Positions 1 to 9,060 of a stretch of DNA of 64,000 nucleotides are shown piece after piece (positions within the stretch are counted from its first letter, which is position 1; every line of letters starts with the position of its first letter). Location of the stretch: contig CANJUR010000008.1 in the NCBI GenBank assembly GCA_947477565.1, forward strand, positions 83,730-147,729, given 5' to 3'. This DNA is from Deltaproteobacteria bacterium (GTDB taxonomy: Bacteria; Myxococcota_A; Polyangia; Polyangiales; Ga0077539). Below the pieces are notes generated by a model. It was not told the DNA's origin and ran no database searches. It saw only the letters and a program-made list of their open reading frames with translations. A program made the position numbers and the translations under genes.

Positions 1-367
1 GCGGATGAGCGAGTATCAGGAGCAGCTCGTCAGCCTGCAGAAGAACTACATGGAGTACCAGCAGGAGCTGGCCCAACGGGAGGCTGAACTCACCAAGCAG
101 ATCCTGGTGAATCTTCAGGGTGTGGTGCGGCAGATCGGCACCGCCGAGGGCTACACCGCGATCTTCGACCAGAGCGGTATCGTGTGGGCTCCGACCCATA
201 TCGACCTGACCGACCGGGTGATTGCGGAGTTCAATCGCGAGCACCCGCCGAGCGCCGAGTCGACACCGGCGGCCGAAGGTGATGCGGGAGCGCGCCCGAC
301 CCGACCGGCTACGACAAGACCGGCCGCGACGGGGACCAATCCCCACCCTCGCGGTGTGCAGCAGTGA
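1..367 (+). CDS. skp: OmpH/Skp family periplasmic chaperone (5'-truncated by window edge)
   Basis: Coiled-coil Q/E-rich helix followed by 'IGTAEGYTAIFD...IVWA..IDLTDRVIAEFN', which matches the Skp C-terminal pattern; stop at 365-367. Confidence 0.8.
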   Translation, partial: RMSEYQEQLVSLQKNYMEYQQELAQREAELTKQILVNLQGVVRQIGTAEGYTAIFDQSGIVWAPTHIDLTDRVIAEFNREHPPSAESTPAAEGDAGARPTRPATTRPAATGTNPHPRGVQQ

Positions 368-419
368 CCGTTCAGCAGTGGCGGTCATGATTTCCCAACA
401 CTCTTTAGGAGAACTCGCG

Positions 420-1004
420 ATGAATCGATCGATGGTGCTTGCGCTCTGTGGCGCGATGGTAATCGGGTGTGGCGCGTCAAATAACGACGAGACCCCCGCG
501 CCCGACAGCGGCACGACCGGCCGACCGGACGTGGTGGCAGTGGTCGATTCGGGCATCTCCACGGACCGTGGAGTCGCCGCCACGGATCGCGGAGTGGCGA
601 CGGAGCGCGGAGCGGCTACCGACCGCGGCACCACACCAGCGGGCAACTTCGGCATGTGTGCCGCAGCCGTCCCCGCGTTCTGCATGTGCGCGATGACCGA
701 TAACGCCTGCTTCAACCGCGCCGTCTCCTCCGACATGACCTGCGTGCAGTGTCTCGTTCAGAACCAGGCGGACTGCTGCCCGACTGAAGCGATGGCAGTG
801 CAGACCTGCGTGATGGGTGCAAATGGCACCTGCATGAATGACCAGGCATGCCTCCAGCGCACCTGCATGACGCAGCTGACCGCGGTGCAGACCTGCCAGA
901 CCATGCGGCTCGAGCGCGAGGCGATGGCGGGAAGCGGCGCCTGCCTGGCAGGTTATCTGGCCTGCCTCGGAGACCTGGCCCAGGGCCTCGACGGCTGTCC
1001 CTGA
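420..1004 (+). CDS. Cys-rich lipoprotein, hypothetical
   Basis: AGGAGA RBS before ATG 420; signal peptide with lipobox VIGC; TDRG-repeat linker; C-terminal domain with 16 Cys. Confidence 0.75.
   Translation: MNRSMVLALCGAMVIGCGASNNDETPAPDSGTTGRPDVVAVVDSGISTDRGVAATDRGVATERGAATDRGTTPAGNFGMCAAAVPAFCMCAMTDNACFNRAVSSDMTCVQCLVQNQADCCPTEAMAVQTCVMGANGTCMNDQACLQRTCMTQLTAVQTCQTMRLEREAMAGSGACLAGYLACLGDLAQGLDGCP
561..632 (+). repeat. Degenerate in-frame tandem repeat encoding (T-D/E-R-G-V/A-A)x4
   Basis: Translation TDRGVAATDRGVATERGAATDRGT. Confidence 0.6.
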
Positions 1005-1092
1005 ACCGTCGCTCCTCCCGCCTTCCGGGTGAGACTCCCTACCCCCCCCCAATCGCCTTGATTTCTAATCCAGTGCGGCCGGGCTAGACCAC

Positions 1093-1617
1093 TCATCGAT
1101 GGCCGACAGCCAGGTGGACGTAGGCCCTCCAGCCCTCGTCGATCATCGCGCGATCAGCGTCGGTGAGTCGGCGCACCTTCCTCGCCGGGCTACCAAGATA
1201 GAGCCATCCAGACTCCAGGCGTGAACGCGGCGTGACCAAAGATCCCGCCCCGACGATCACGTCGGACTCGATCACTGCAAGGTCGAGCACGATCGACCCC
1301 ATTCCCACGAGCACCCGATCGTGGATGGTGCAGCCGTGCAGGACGACCCGGTGCCCCACCGTCACCTCATCGCCGATGGTCGTCGCGGCAAGATCGGTCG
1401 TGCCGTGGACAATTGTGAGGTCCTGTAGGTTGGAGCGCGCGCCGACCCGGACGGGCATGACATCGCCACGCAGCACCGTCCCATACCAGATCGAGCTGCC
1501 GGCCCCGACGACCACGTCGCCCATCACCGCCGCCGTGTCCGCGACGAAAGCATCGCCTCCGAAGAACGGCGTGACTCCTTCGAAAGCCCGCACGAGCCCG
1601 CGCACATGGGCATTCAC
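1093..1617 (-). CDS. Gamma-class carbonic anhydrase / hexapeptide-repeat protein (YrdA/PaaY-like)
   Basis: SSIWYGTVLRGD, NLQD..IVH, TVGH..VLHGC motifs; start overlaps the miaB stop (GTGA). Confidence 0.9.
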   Translation of the reverse strand: MNAHVRGLVRAFEGVTPFFGGDAFVADTAAVMGDVVVGAGSSIWYGTVLRGDVMPVRVGARSNLQDLTIVHGTTDLAATTIGDEVTVGHRVVLHGCTIHDRVLVGMGSIVLDLAVIESDVIVGAGSLVTPRSRLESGWLYLGSPARKVRRLTDADRAMIDEGWRAYVHLAVGHR

Positions 1618-3020
1618 GCCTGAACCACCGGCAGCGCGACGCGTCGGTGGGTCTGCATAACCTTCGCCGACGCCGGTAGCTTGATCGACTCGAGCCGACC
1701 CTCGACGGAGTGCTTGTTGGCGCGCGCCACTTCCGCAACCACCACCGCTCCGGCGTCGAGGCCGACTGTTCCCGGCAGGTGGACGATCTCGTTGCGCCGG
1801 GTGCGACCGACCCGCGTGCTCGCGCCTGGACGGCTCGGACCCTCGATGAGCACCTCGACTCGCGTGCCGACCATCGACGCGAGGTTGGCCCGCGTCAGCG
1901 CGTCGGACACCTCGAAGAGAGCGAGCAGCCGGGTCTGCTTCTCCTCGTTGCTCACGTCGTCTTCAAGGCGGAGCGCAGGGGTAAACGGGCGCGGCGAATA
2001 CTTGAACCCGTAAAGTGCTGAGAAGCCGACCTCGCGCACGAGCGAAAGCGTCAACTCAAAGTCCGCCGCCGTCTCGCCGGGGAAGCCCACGATGATGTCC
2101 GTGGACATCGTGAGCGAGGGCCGCGCCGTACGTAGCGCATCGACCCGAGAGACGTACTCCTCGCGCGTGTACCGACGAATCATCCGCTTCAGCATGCGAT
2201 CGGAGCCCGACTGCACCGGCATGTGAACGTGATCGGCGAGCACCGCGAGGTCGGCGTGCGCTCGCACCAGCGAGGCGGTGAGGTGACGCGGATGCGGCGA
2301 GGTGTACCGAAGGCGATCGAGCGCCGGGGCCTCCTCCGCGATGCGGCGTAGAAGCGCAGGAAACTGCGACTCGTCGGGATCGCGATCGATCTCCGCCGGG
2401 GTCTCTGGATCCATGAAGCTGTTGACCGTCTGGCCGAGGAGCACCACCTCGCGCGCGCCGCCGTCCACGAGCGCCCGAACCTCGTGCACGATGTCCCTCG
2501 CGGAGCGGTAGCGCTCTGGCCCGCGGGTGTGCGGAACGATGCAGAACGAGCAACGCTCGTTGCAGCCCTTCATCACGGTCACGTACGCACTGGCGCCGAC
2601 GCCCCCTTCGCGCACCTGGTTCGTAAGGAAGCGCGGATCTTCCACATCGAAAACCGTACGTACCGCTGGGGTCGCGCCGAGTTCTGCATCGCGAACGAGC
2701 GCGGGCAACTCGGCGAGGTTGTCCGGTCCGACCACGATGTCGATATACGGCATGGATTTGATGAGCCGCTCGCCTTCCTGCTGCGCGACACACCCGGCGA
2801 CCACCAGGATCACGTCGGCCTTCTTCAAGCGCCCTGCCTCGCTTCGCAGCTTCTGTTCGGCCTTCTCGCGCACCGAGCAGGTGTTGAGGATCACCACGTC
2901 CGCCCCCTCTACGTCGGCGATGATCTCGTAGCCCGCGGCGAGCATCAGCTCTTCGATCCGCTGCGAATCGTGGACGTTCATCTGGCAGCCGAAGGTCACC
3001 AGGGCGAGGCGCTTGGTCAT
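1614..3020 (-). CDS. miaB: tRNA-2-methylthio-N6-dimethylallyladenosine synthase MiaB
   Basis: TFGCQMNVHDS, NTCSVREKAE, GCVAQ, radical-SAM CNERCSFC, TDIIVGFPGET, C-terminal TRAM domain. Confidence 0.95.
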   Translation of the reverse strand: MTKRLALVTFGCQMNVHDSQRIEELMLAAGYEIIADVEGADVVILNTCSVREKAEQKLRSEAGRLKKADVILVVAGCVAQQEGERLIKSMPYIDIVVGPDNLAELPALVRDAELGATPAVRTVFDVEDPRFLTNQVREGGVGASAYVTVMKGCNERCSFCIVPHTRGPERYRSARDIVHEVRALVDGGAREVVLLGQTVNSFMDPETPAEIDRDPDESQFPALLRRIAEEAPALDRLRYTSPHPRHLTASLVRAHADLAVLADHVHMPVQSGSDRMLKRMIRRYTREEYVSRVDALRTARPSLTMSTDIIVGFPGETAADFELTLSLVREVGFSALYGFKYSPRPFTPALRLEDDVSNEEKQTRLLALFEVSDALTRANLASMVGTRVEVLIEGPSRPGASTRVGRTRRNEIVHLPGTVGLDAGAVVVAEVARANKHSVEGRLESIKLPASAKVMQTHRRVALPVVQA

Positions 3021-3144
3021 GAGGAAGGGTTCCAGCAGGTATAGGGTGAAGCGCGGGAGGTTGTTCTGCGCGATGGGCCCGGGTCAAGGGGACCTCGTCG
3101 ACCTTGCTTGAGCCGACGCGATCCGACGATCTTGATACGGGAAA

Positions 3145-3765
3145 ATGGCTTTGATTTCCCACCGCTTCACCGTTTTTGCGCTGATCGTGACGGCGACCGC
3201 CGCGGCGCATGCCCAGCCGTGGCTTCGTCCAGTGCGGGCGCCTGCCAACCTCGGTTCGGGCACGCTGGTACTGGATGATCGACCGGCGCTGGGTCGAATT
3301 TTGGTCCGCTTGCGCTCCCCCGCCCGACCCCAGCACATCGTGATCGAGGCACGCGCTGCCATCACGTCCGCTACGCGGCCCGGACCGCTCATCCGGGCTG
3401 CGGGCGCCTGCAACACCCCGTGCGATCTGTGGGTCCCCCGCGGCACACTGCGGCTCCGCAGCGCTGCGCCGGGTTTGCGTACCACCGACCTCGACATCGA
3501 TGTCGATGCCGCCACCTCGATCGAGGTACGTGCCCCGTCGAGCGCGATGTTCAACGTCGGCACCGGGCTCACTGCCTTCGGCGCCACGATCATGATCGCG
3601 ACCGCCTCCGTCGCCCTCGCCCAGCAGATCAATGGGGTCGCTGCGGCTGATCAGCTACGGCCGACGGTGGCCATCGGGCTCTCGCTGCTCGGTGTCCTCA
3701 TCATGGGAAGCGGCATTCCTCTGCTGGTCGCGCACCGCACGGGCTATCGCCAGGAGCCGCTCTAA
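3145..3765 (+). CDS. Hypothetical secreted/membrane protein (PEGA-like beta domain plus C-terminal TM hairpin)
   Basis: Signal peptide ending AHA; CNTPC motif; two C-terminal hydrophobic segments. Confidence 0.55.
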   Translation: MALISHRFTVFALIVTATAAAHAQPWLRPVRAPANLGSGTLVLDDRPALGRILVRLRSPARPQHIVIEARAAITSATRPGPLIRAAGACNTPCDLWVPRGTLRLRSAAPGLRTTDLDIDVDAATSIEVRAPSSAMFNVGTGLTAFGATIMIATASVALAQQINGVAAADQLRPTVAIGLSLLGVLIMGSGIPLLVAHRTGYRQEPL

Positions 3766-3778
3766 GTCCGCTAAACAA

Positions 3779-4600
3779 TTATGGAATGGGCTCGGCCAGC
3801 AGTCGCTCGATGGTCTGGGTCAGCGCTCGTGGCGTCTCGGTACCCACGGTGACCTCGCGGACGGTTCCAGCGCGATCGAGAACCACCATCGTTGGAAGAT
3901 TTCGCACGGAATAGCTACGCATCGCGTCCGCATTCGAAGCCAGAGTGTAGCGGATGCCCAGCCGCAACCCGACGGAACGAGCGACTTCCACGGGTTCATC
4001 AGTGAGGCCGATAACCGTCAGACCCTGTGCGCGATAGCGGTCAGACATCTGGTTGAGCAACGGCATCATCATCCGACAGGGACCACACCAACTCGCCCAA
4101 AAATCCAGGATCACCACGCGCCCACGGAGCCGTGCGATGTCTACCGGATCGGTACCCATCGCCGACGTGCTCGTCCCCAGCGACGGCGGCGACTGACCCA
4201 GCCGAATTTCTCCCTGCGGTGCGGCTTCGGGTGGCGACTCAAGGCGAGCGCGAACCGGCACGCGCCGCACTCCGCGACGCAGAACGAGAGCGTAGTCTGC
4301 CCCAGCCCCCGCAGCGCGCACGGAGGTGGTGAAGCCCTCCACAGATCCCGGCGCGACGCCCTGTGAGAGTACGATCACGTCGCCCATCATGATGCCCGCC
4401 CGCTCTGCTGGGCTCCCTGGGACTACTCGTTCGACGCGCAGGCCCGCGTCGGCCGGCAGCGATCGCAGGCTCGCACCCAGGAAGCCCGCCGCCCCGGTGC
4501 CCCGTCGGGGATCAGCCGTCACGGGCGCCGAGACCAGAGCCAAACAGAGACCACACCACACCGCCCAGCGCATCTGCCCAGATCGCATCATCGAGGCCAC
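3779..4600 (-). CDS. PDZ-domain TlpA/ResA-family thiol-disulfide oxidoreductase
   Basis: Signal peptide; PDZ (GFLG, VVPGSPAERAGI..GDVI); VILDFWASWCGPC and NLPT cis-Pro loop. Confidence 0.85.
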   Translation of the reverse strand: MASMMRSGQMRWAVWCGLCLALVSAPVTADPRRGTGAAGFLGASLRSLPADAGLRVERVVPGSPAERAGIMMGDVIVLSQGVAPGSVEGFTTSVRAAGAGADYALVLRRGVRRVPVRARLESPPEAAPQGEIRLGQSPPSLGTSTSAMGTDPVDIARLRGRVVILDFWASWCGPCRMMMPLLNQMSDRYRAQGLTVIGLTDEPVEVARSVGLRLGIRYTLASNADAMRSYSVRNLPTMVVLDRAGTVREVTVGTETPRALTQTIERLLAEPIP

Positions 4601-4655
4601 GGTGCGGCGTTCACACCGGGGTCGTCAAGCGGGGCCGCGGTATGCTCGGATAGTC

Positions 4656-7064
4656 ATGCAGAGCCCACGACAGAGCGGAGTGCTGGTGCTGGCCTCGGTC
4701 GCGCTGCTCGGTCTCGACTGGCCCGGTCAAGGGGCGGCGCGTGCGGCCGAGTTCGCCCACGCAACGACCACCCGGCGGATCGAATTGCTCTACCTGCTGG
4801 CACCATCCCAGGAGCCGGAGGCCCGCGCGGCGCTAGCGTCGGGGCTGAGTGATACGGACATCAGCGTCCGGGAGACCGCTCGATTGCTTGCAGCGCAGCA
4901 TCCCTCCGAAGAGCTGGTTCCGGCGCTGCTGCGGTTGCTCGAAGACCCTGACCCAGCAGCGCGCACCGACGCCCTCGACGCCCTCGCCCGAACGCACTCG
5001 CCAGAGGCGCGGCGCGCCATCGAACGTGCGCTGTCCGATCGCATCACGGCGGTGCGCGCACACGCGGTGCTTGCCCTTTCCGACGCGGGTGCCGACGCGG
5101 TCGTAGCTCTGCTCGATCGGGTGCACGATCCTGAGGGAGACGTTCGCGTCGCGGCTGCGAACGCGCTTGGCCACATCGGTGACCCACGCGCCGTGCTCGG
5201 GCTCGTGGGAATTTCACAGGATCCCATTCCCGAGGTTCGGCTCGCCGCGACCCAGGCGCTGGGTTCACTCGGTGGCGAGGTCGCCGCGCGCACCCTCCTC
5301 GGCCTTGCCCACGACGCGATGCCTGACGTCCGTCTCGCTGCGCTTCGCGGCCTGCAGCAGCACCCCTCCCAGGCGACCATTCCCACCCTCACCGCCCTCG
5401 CCCGCCCCAACCTCGCGACCTCCCTCACAGGCCGCGACGAGCTAGCCCGGGCTGCCATCGCCGCGCTCGGACAGATTGACTCCCCCGAAGCCCGCTCCGC
5501 ACTCCTCGACCTCGCGCTCGACCCACGCGCAACGCGAGCCCGCGATGCCATCGACGCATTGCTCGCCCATCCCGATCGATTGCGGGCAGAGTTCGTCACG
5601 ATTCTTCCAAGAGTGACCCGAGACAACATCCAGGAGCTCGCCGAGATGCTCGGGCGAATCGGCGGTGAAGAAGTCGTGGCGGCGTTGATCGACCTGCTGG
5701 GCCGCGTTGGCGGCGACGGGTCGGCCGGAGCGACTCCATCGATGCTGCGAGCGCTCGGGCGCACAGGATCCGACCGCGCACTGCGCGCCTTGCTCGAACG
5801 CCTGAACACCCCACCGCCGTCAACGCCGCTGCTCGTTACCGGATGCGCGCGCGGGGCCGTCCATCCCGCGCTCCTCGACGCCCTCTCGCTCTGGTCCGAC
5901 GCACGCCACGGCCTCGACCCGCTCGCGCTCGACCCACTCGCCGAGACGCTCCAGCAGCTCGATCTTTCCTGTCATACACAGCTCTCCGCACTGATTCGCC
6001 TTCTCGGCCTGACTGGCAACGATCGCGCGGCGCCGACGCTGATCGCGACGCTGCAACACCCAGACGCCGTGATTCGAGCGATGTCCGCGCAAGCGCTCGG
6101 GAGGGTGGCTTCACCGACGGGACTCGCACCGCTCATGGCAGCGCTCTCCGACAGCGACGCGAGCGTGCGGGCGGCGGCGGCGACCTCCCTCCGTGCGATG
6201 TCTCCCGACGCGCTGCTTCCGGCGCTCACCGCCCGTTGGCGTGACCCTGCGCCGGTCGATCGGAGCGCCCTGCTCCTCACTCTCGGACACGCGCTCGCAA
6301 GCACCGAACTTCCTTCGAGCAGCCGGGAGGCGAATCTCCCCGTGCTGTTCGCCGCGGCGGCCAGCGGTCCCTGGTACACACGTGCTTCCGCGCTGAGGGC
6401 CCTCGGCGCCGTCGCCGCGACTCGCGACCCCGCGGCACTCCGCGCTCTCACGATGTATGCGACGGTCACGTCGGACGTCCACCTCGCAGGGGTGGCCATG
6501 GAAGCACTGGGCAACCTACCTTTCGCAACGCCGGCGACGCAGTCGTCGATCGCAGCACAGCTCGATCCCGCGCGGACTCCCGCCGCACGGAGCGCAGCGG
6601 CGTGGGCCTTGCGCTCCGCTGGACCGGGCTCCGTCGAGTTGTTTCAGTCCGTGCTCTCCGAGGCCCCGTCTGCCATCACGCACAACGCGCTCGCGTCCCT
6701 CGCGCGAACCGACTTCAGCGCCACCGACGCGGCGACTCGAACATCACTGCGTACGGGAGTGCAGAGGCTGCTCGACGGATATCTTTCACCGTCGTCGCGC
6801 ACCAACGCGTGCGTTGCGCTCGACCGGCTGGGTGGTTCATGTCCCGGGGTGGCCCTTGCGAGCACGACGCCTCTCGAACCGCACAGCACCGATATCCGCG
6901 TGCTCGACGAGTTTCGCCATGCGGTCGTTCGGCCCGTGCTGCTACGCCTGCCCGATGGCGTCACGGTCTGGATCACCCCTGACATCGACGGCTGGATTCG
7001 CGTCTGCGACGGCGTGGTCGGGTCGATCCAGGTCCTCGACCGCACTGCCGACGAAGATCGATAG
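4656..7064 (+). CDS. HEAT/PBS-lyase repeat protein
   Basis: Repeated L.D.D..VR..AA.ALG..G units; ATG 4656 chosen because the longer ORF start overlaps the neighbouring gene. Confidence 0.8.
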   Translation: MQSPRQSGVLVLASVALLGLDWPGQGAARAAEFAHATTTRRIELLYLLAPSQEPEARAALASGLSDTDISVRETARLLAAQHPSEELVPALLRLLEDPDPAARTDALDALARTHSPEARRAIERALSDRITAVRAHAVLALSDAGADAVVALLDRVHDPEGDVRVAAANALGHIGDPRAVLGLVGISQDPIPEVRLAATQALGSLGGEVAARTLLGLAHDAMPDVRLAALRGLQQHPSQATIPTLTALARPNLATSLTGRDELARAAIAALGQIDSPEARSALLDLALDPRATRARDAIDALLAHPDRLRAEFVTILPRVTRDNIQELAEMLGRIGGEEVVAALIDLLGRVGGDGSAGATPSMLRALGRTGSDRALRALLERLNTPPPSTPLLVTGCARGAVHPALLDALSLWSDARHGLDPLALDPLAETLQQLDLSCHTQLSALIRLLGLTGNDRAAPTLIATLQHPDAVIRAMSAQALGRVASPTGLAPLMAALSDSDASVRAAAATSLRAMSPDALLPALTARWRDPAPVDRSALLLTLGHALASTELPSSSREANLPVLFAAAASGPWYTRASALRALGAVAATRDPAALRALTMYATVTSDVHLAGVAMEALGNLPFATPATQSSIAAQLDPARTPAARSAAAWALRSAGPGSVELFQSVLSEAPSAITHNALASLARTDFSATDAATRTSLRTGVQRLLDGYLSPSSRTNACVALDRLGGSCPGVALASTTPLEPHSTDIRVLDEFRHAVVRPVLLRLPDGVTVWITPDIDGWIRVCDGVVGSIQVLDRTADEDR

Positions 7065-7116
7065 AGGTCGTCCCCAAGGCGCTCGGACATCGCGATTTCT
7101 GCCGATTCGGGTTCGT

Positions 7117-7947
7117 TCAGAAGAGTTCGAGAGACATCGCCCACGTGAGCGCGCCGAGCGTGGCGTAGCCGACACCGGCGTGCACCGTACGAAACGCCCG
7201 ACCGACCTCCTGATTCTGCACCGTCGCACCCACGATCCCGAGGATCGGCATGAGGATCATTCCGACGCCGTGCACCCACGCCAACGCCTTGTGCAGGCGT
7301 AGCGTGCTCGACGCGCGGTCGTCGCCAACCGATGCACTGTCCGGATCGGGCGCCGCAATCGCGAGGATTCCAGCCGTCGCGTACAGCCCGGTCGTCAGGA
7401 ACGAGGACGCCTGGTGCAGTGTCCCAACGAGGCTCGATCCACACCCAAAGGCGCTCGAGTCTGATGCACAGGCTCCATCGCCAAACCAGGTAGGGCGGTT
7501 GATGGCGAGGATGGTACCCAGCGCTTCGGTGACCACCAGCGAACTCCACGCCGCGATGCCAAACGCGCGATGCGTCCGCAGCAACACGGCGCGTCGGTGC
7601 ATCACGTAGCGGGCCTGCCGATCGGACTCACGACAAGTCTCGCAGTCGATGTCGCAGCTCTCACACGCGGCCGCCGGAGTGGCCTCAGGCTCAGGGGTGG
7701 GCGCCCCGACGGGCGCCGCGGGCGTGGCGTCCGTCGCGCGGGTCGCTGCCTGCGCGAGCCAGTGGTTGCGCCGCTGCAATCCCCCGTCGAGGCCGTATCG
7801 CGTCACTCGTAGACCGACGTCCATCGACCACGCTGACGGCGACGCGGCCTCACCCTGGAGGCTGAGAACGGCCGGAAGCGCATCCACCGCACGGATCTGC
7901 GCCGCGCCCACAATCGCAACCAGGAACAAAGCCGCTGAACCGATCAT
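7117..7947 (-). CDS. Hypothetical membrane protein (four His-bearing TM helices, CxxCxxxCxxC motif)
   Basis: Signal peptide, Pro/Ala linker, CESCDIDCETC, then four hydrophobic helices each with His. Confidence 0.6.
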   Translation of the reverse strand: MIGSAALFLVAIVGAAQIRAVDALPAVLSLQGEAASPSAWSMDVGLRVTRYGLDGGLQRRNHWLAQAATRATDATPAAPVGAPTPEPEATPAAACESCDIDCETCRESDRQARYVMHRRAVLLRTHRAFGIAAWSSLVVTEALGTILAINRPTWFGDGACASDSSAFGCGSSLVGTLHQASSFLTTGLYATAGILAIAAPDPDSASVGDDRASSTLRLHKALAWVHGVGMILMPILGIVGATVQNQEVGRAFRTVHAGVGYATLGALTWAMSLELF

Positions 7948-8025
7948 TGGAGATATCCTCGCTCGTTTCGTGAAGAGCGGGGAGCCTACACCCGACGGAC
8001 GCTGCTCAACCGAAATGCCGGGCGC

Positions 8026-8952
8026 TCAGCGCCGCAGGGAACGCACTCCGGCCTTGTGAACCTTGCCCGGGAGTTCGCGCCCGACCACGGCGGAGGCCAC
8101 GCGACCGGCCTCGACCAGTTTATCGAGGTCGATACCGGTCTTGATCCCCATTCCGTGCAGCGTAAAAACCAGATCTTCGGTGGCAAGATTGCCGGCCGCG
8201 CCCGGAGCGTAGGGACATCCGCCGAGGCCGCCAACAGAAGCGTCGAAGGTGCGGACGCCAAGCTCGAGCCCGACGATGACGTTGGAGAGCGCAGTGCCAC
8301 GGGTATCGTGAAAATGAAGCGCCAGCTGTTGCGCGGAAAAATCTCGGAGAAACATCTCCACGATCCGCTTCGTCTGCACGGGCGTACCGATGCCAATGGT
8401 ATCGCCGAGCGAGACCTCGTAGCAGCCCATTTCAAGCAGTGCGCGGGCGATCTCAACGCCCTTCCCCGGATCGACCGCGCCCTCGTAGGGGCAGCCCCAG
8501 AGCGTTGAGAGATACCCCCGGACGCGGCGACCGGCCGCGAGCGCAGCAGGGACCATTTCGCGAAATACCGCCAGCGTCTGCGCAACGGTCTTGTTTACGT
8601 TCTTTCGGTTGTGCGTCTCGCTGACCGAGAGGAAGACCGCCACCTCGCCCAGCTCCGTCGCGAGCGCTCGGTCGAGGCCCTGCTGATTGGGACAAAGCGC
8701 AGAGAAGCTCACGCCGGCGGGGTTGCCGAGCAGGCGACACAGTTCGACCGCATCGGCGAGTTGCGGAACCCACTTCGGCGACACGAAGCTGGTGACCTCC
8801 AGGCGCTTCAACCCAGCAGCGACGAGCGCCTCGATGAGCCGCACCTTTGCTGGAGTCGGTACCGTCACAGCCTCGTTTTGGAGACCATCGCGCGGCGACA
8901 CTTCGTACACAGAGACGGCATCGGGAAGCGATTCGAAAAGCGTGGATGGCAT
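8026..8952 (-). CDS. Hydroxymethylglutaryl-CoA lyase
   Basis: EVSPRDGLQNE, TSFVSPKWVPQLAD, GCPYEG, HFHDTRG, GLGGCPYAPGAAGNLATED; start set at ATG 8952. Confidence 0.93.
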   Translation of the reverse strand: MPSTLFESLPDAVSVYEVSPRDGLQNEAVTVPTPAKVRLIEALVAAGLKRLEVTSFVSPKWVPQLADAVELCRLLGNPAGVSFSALCPNQQGLDRALATELGEVAVFLSVSETHNRKNVNKTVAQTLAVFREMVPAALAAGRRVRGYLSTLWGCPYEGAVDPGKGVEIARALLEMGCYEVSLGDTIGIGTPVQTKRIVEMFLRDFSAQQLALHFHDTRGTALSNVIVGLELGVRTFDASVGGLGGCPYAPGAAGNLATEDLVFTLHGMGIKTGIDLDKLVEAGRVASAVVGRELPGKVHKAGVRSLRR

Positions 8953-9060
8953 ACGACCTGGCGACGGTACCGCATTCCACGCCCGCACCTCGCTGGCTTG
9001 ACGCACCGGATCGCGGGTGCGTACACCGTGCGTCGCCCGCCGCGGGGAATCGGCTCCGCG

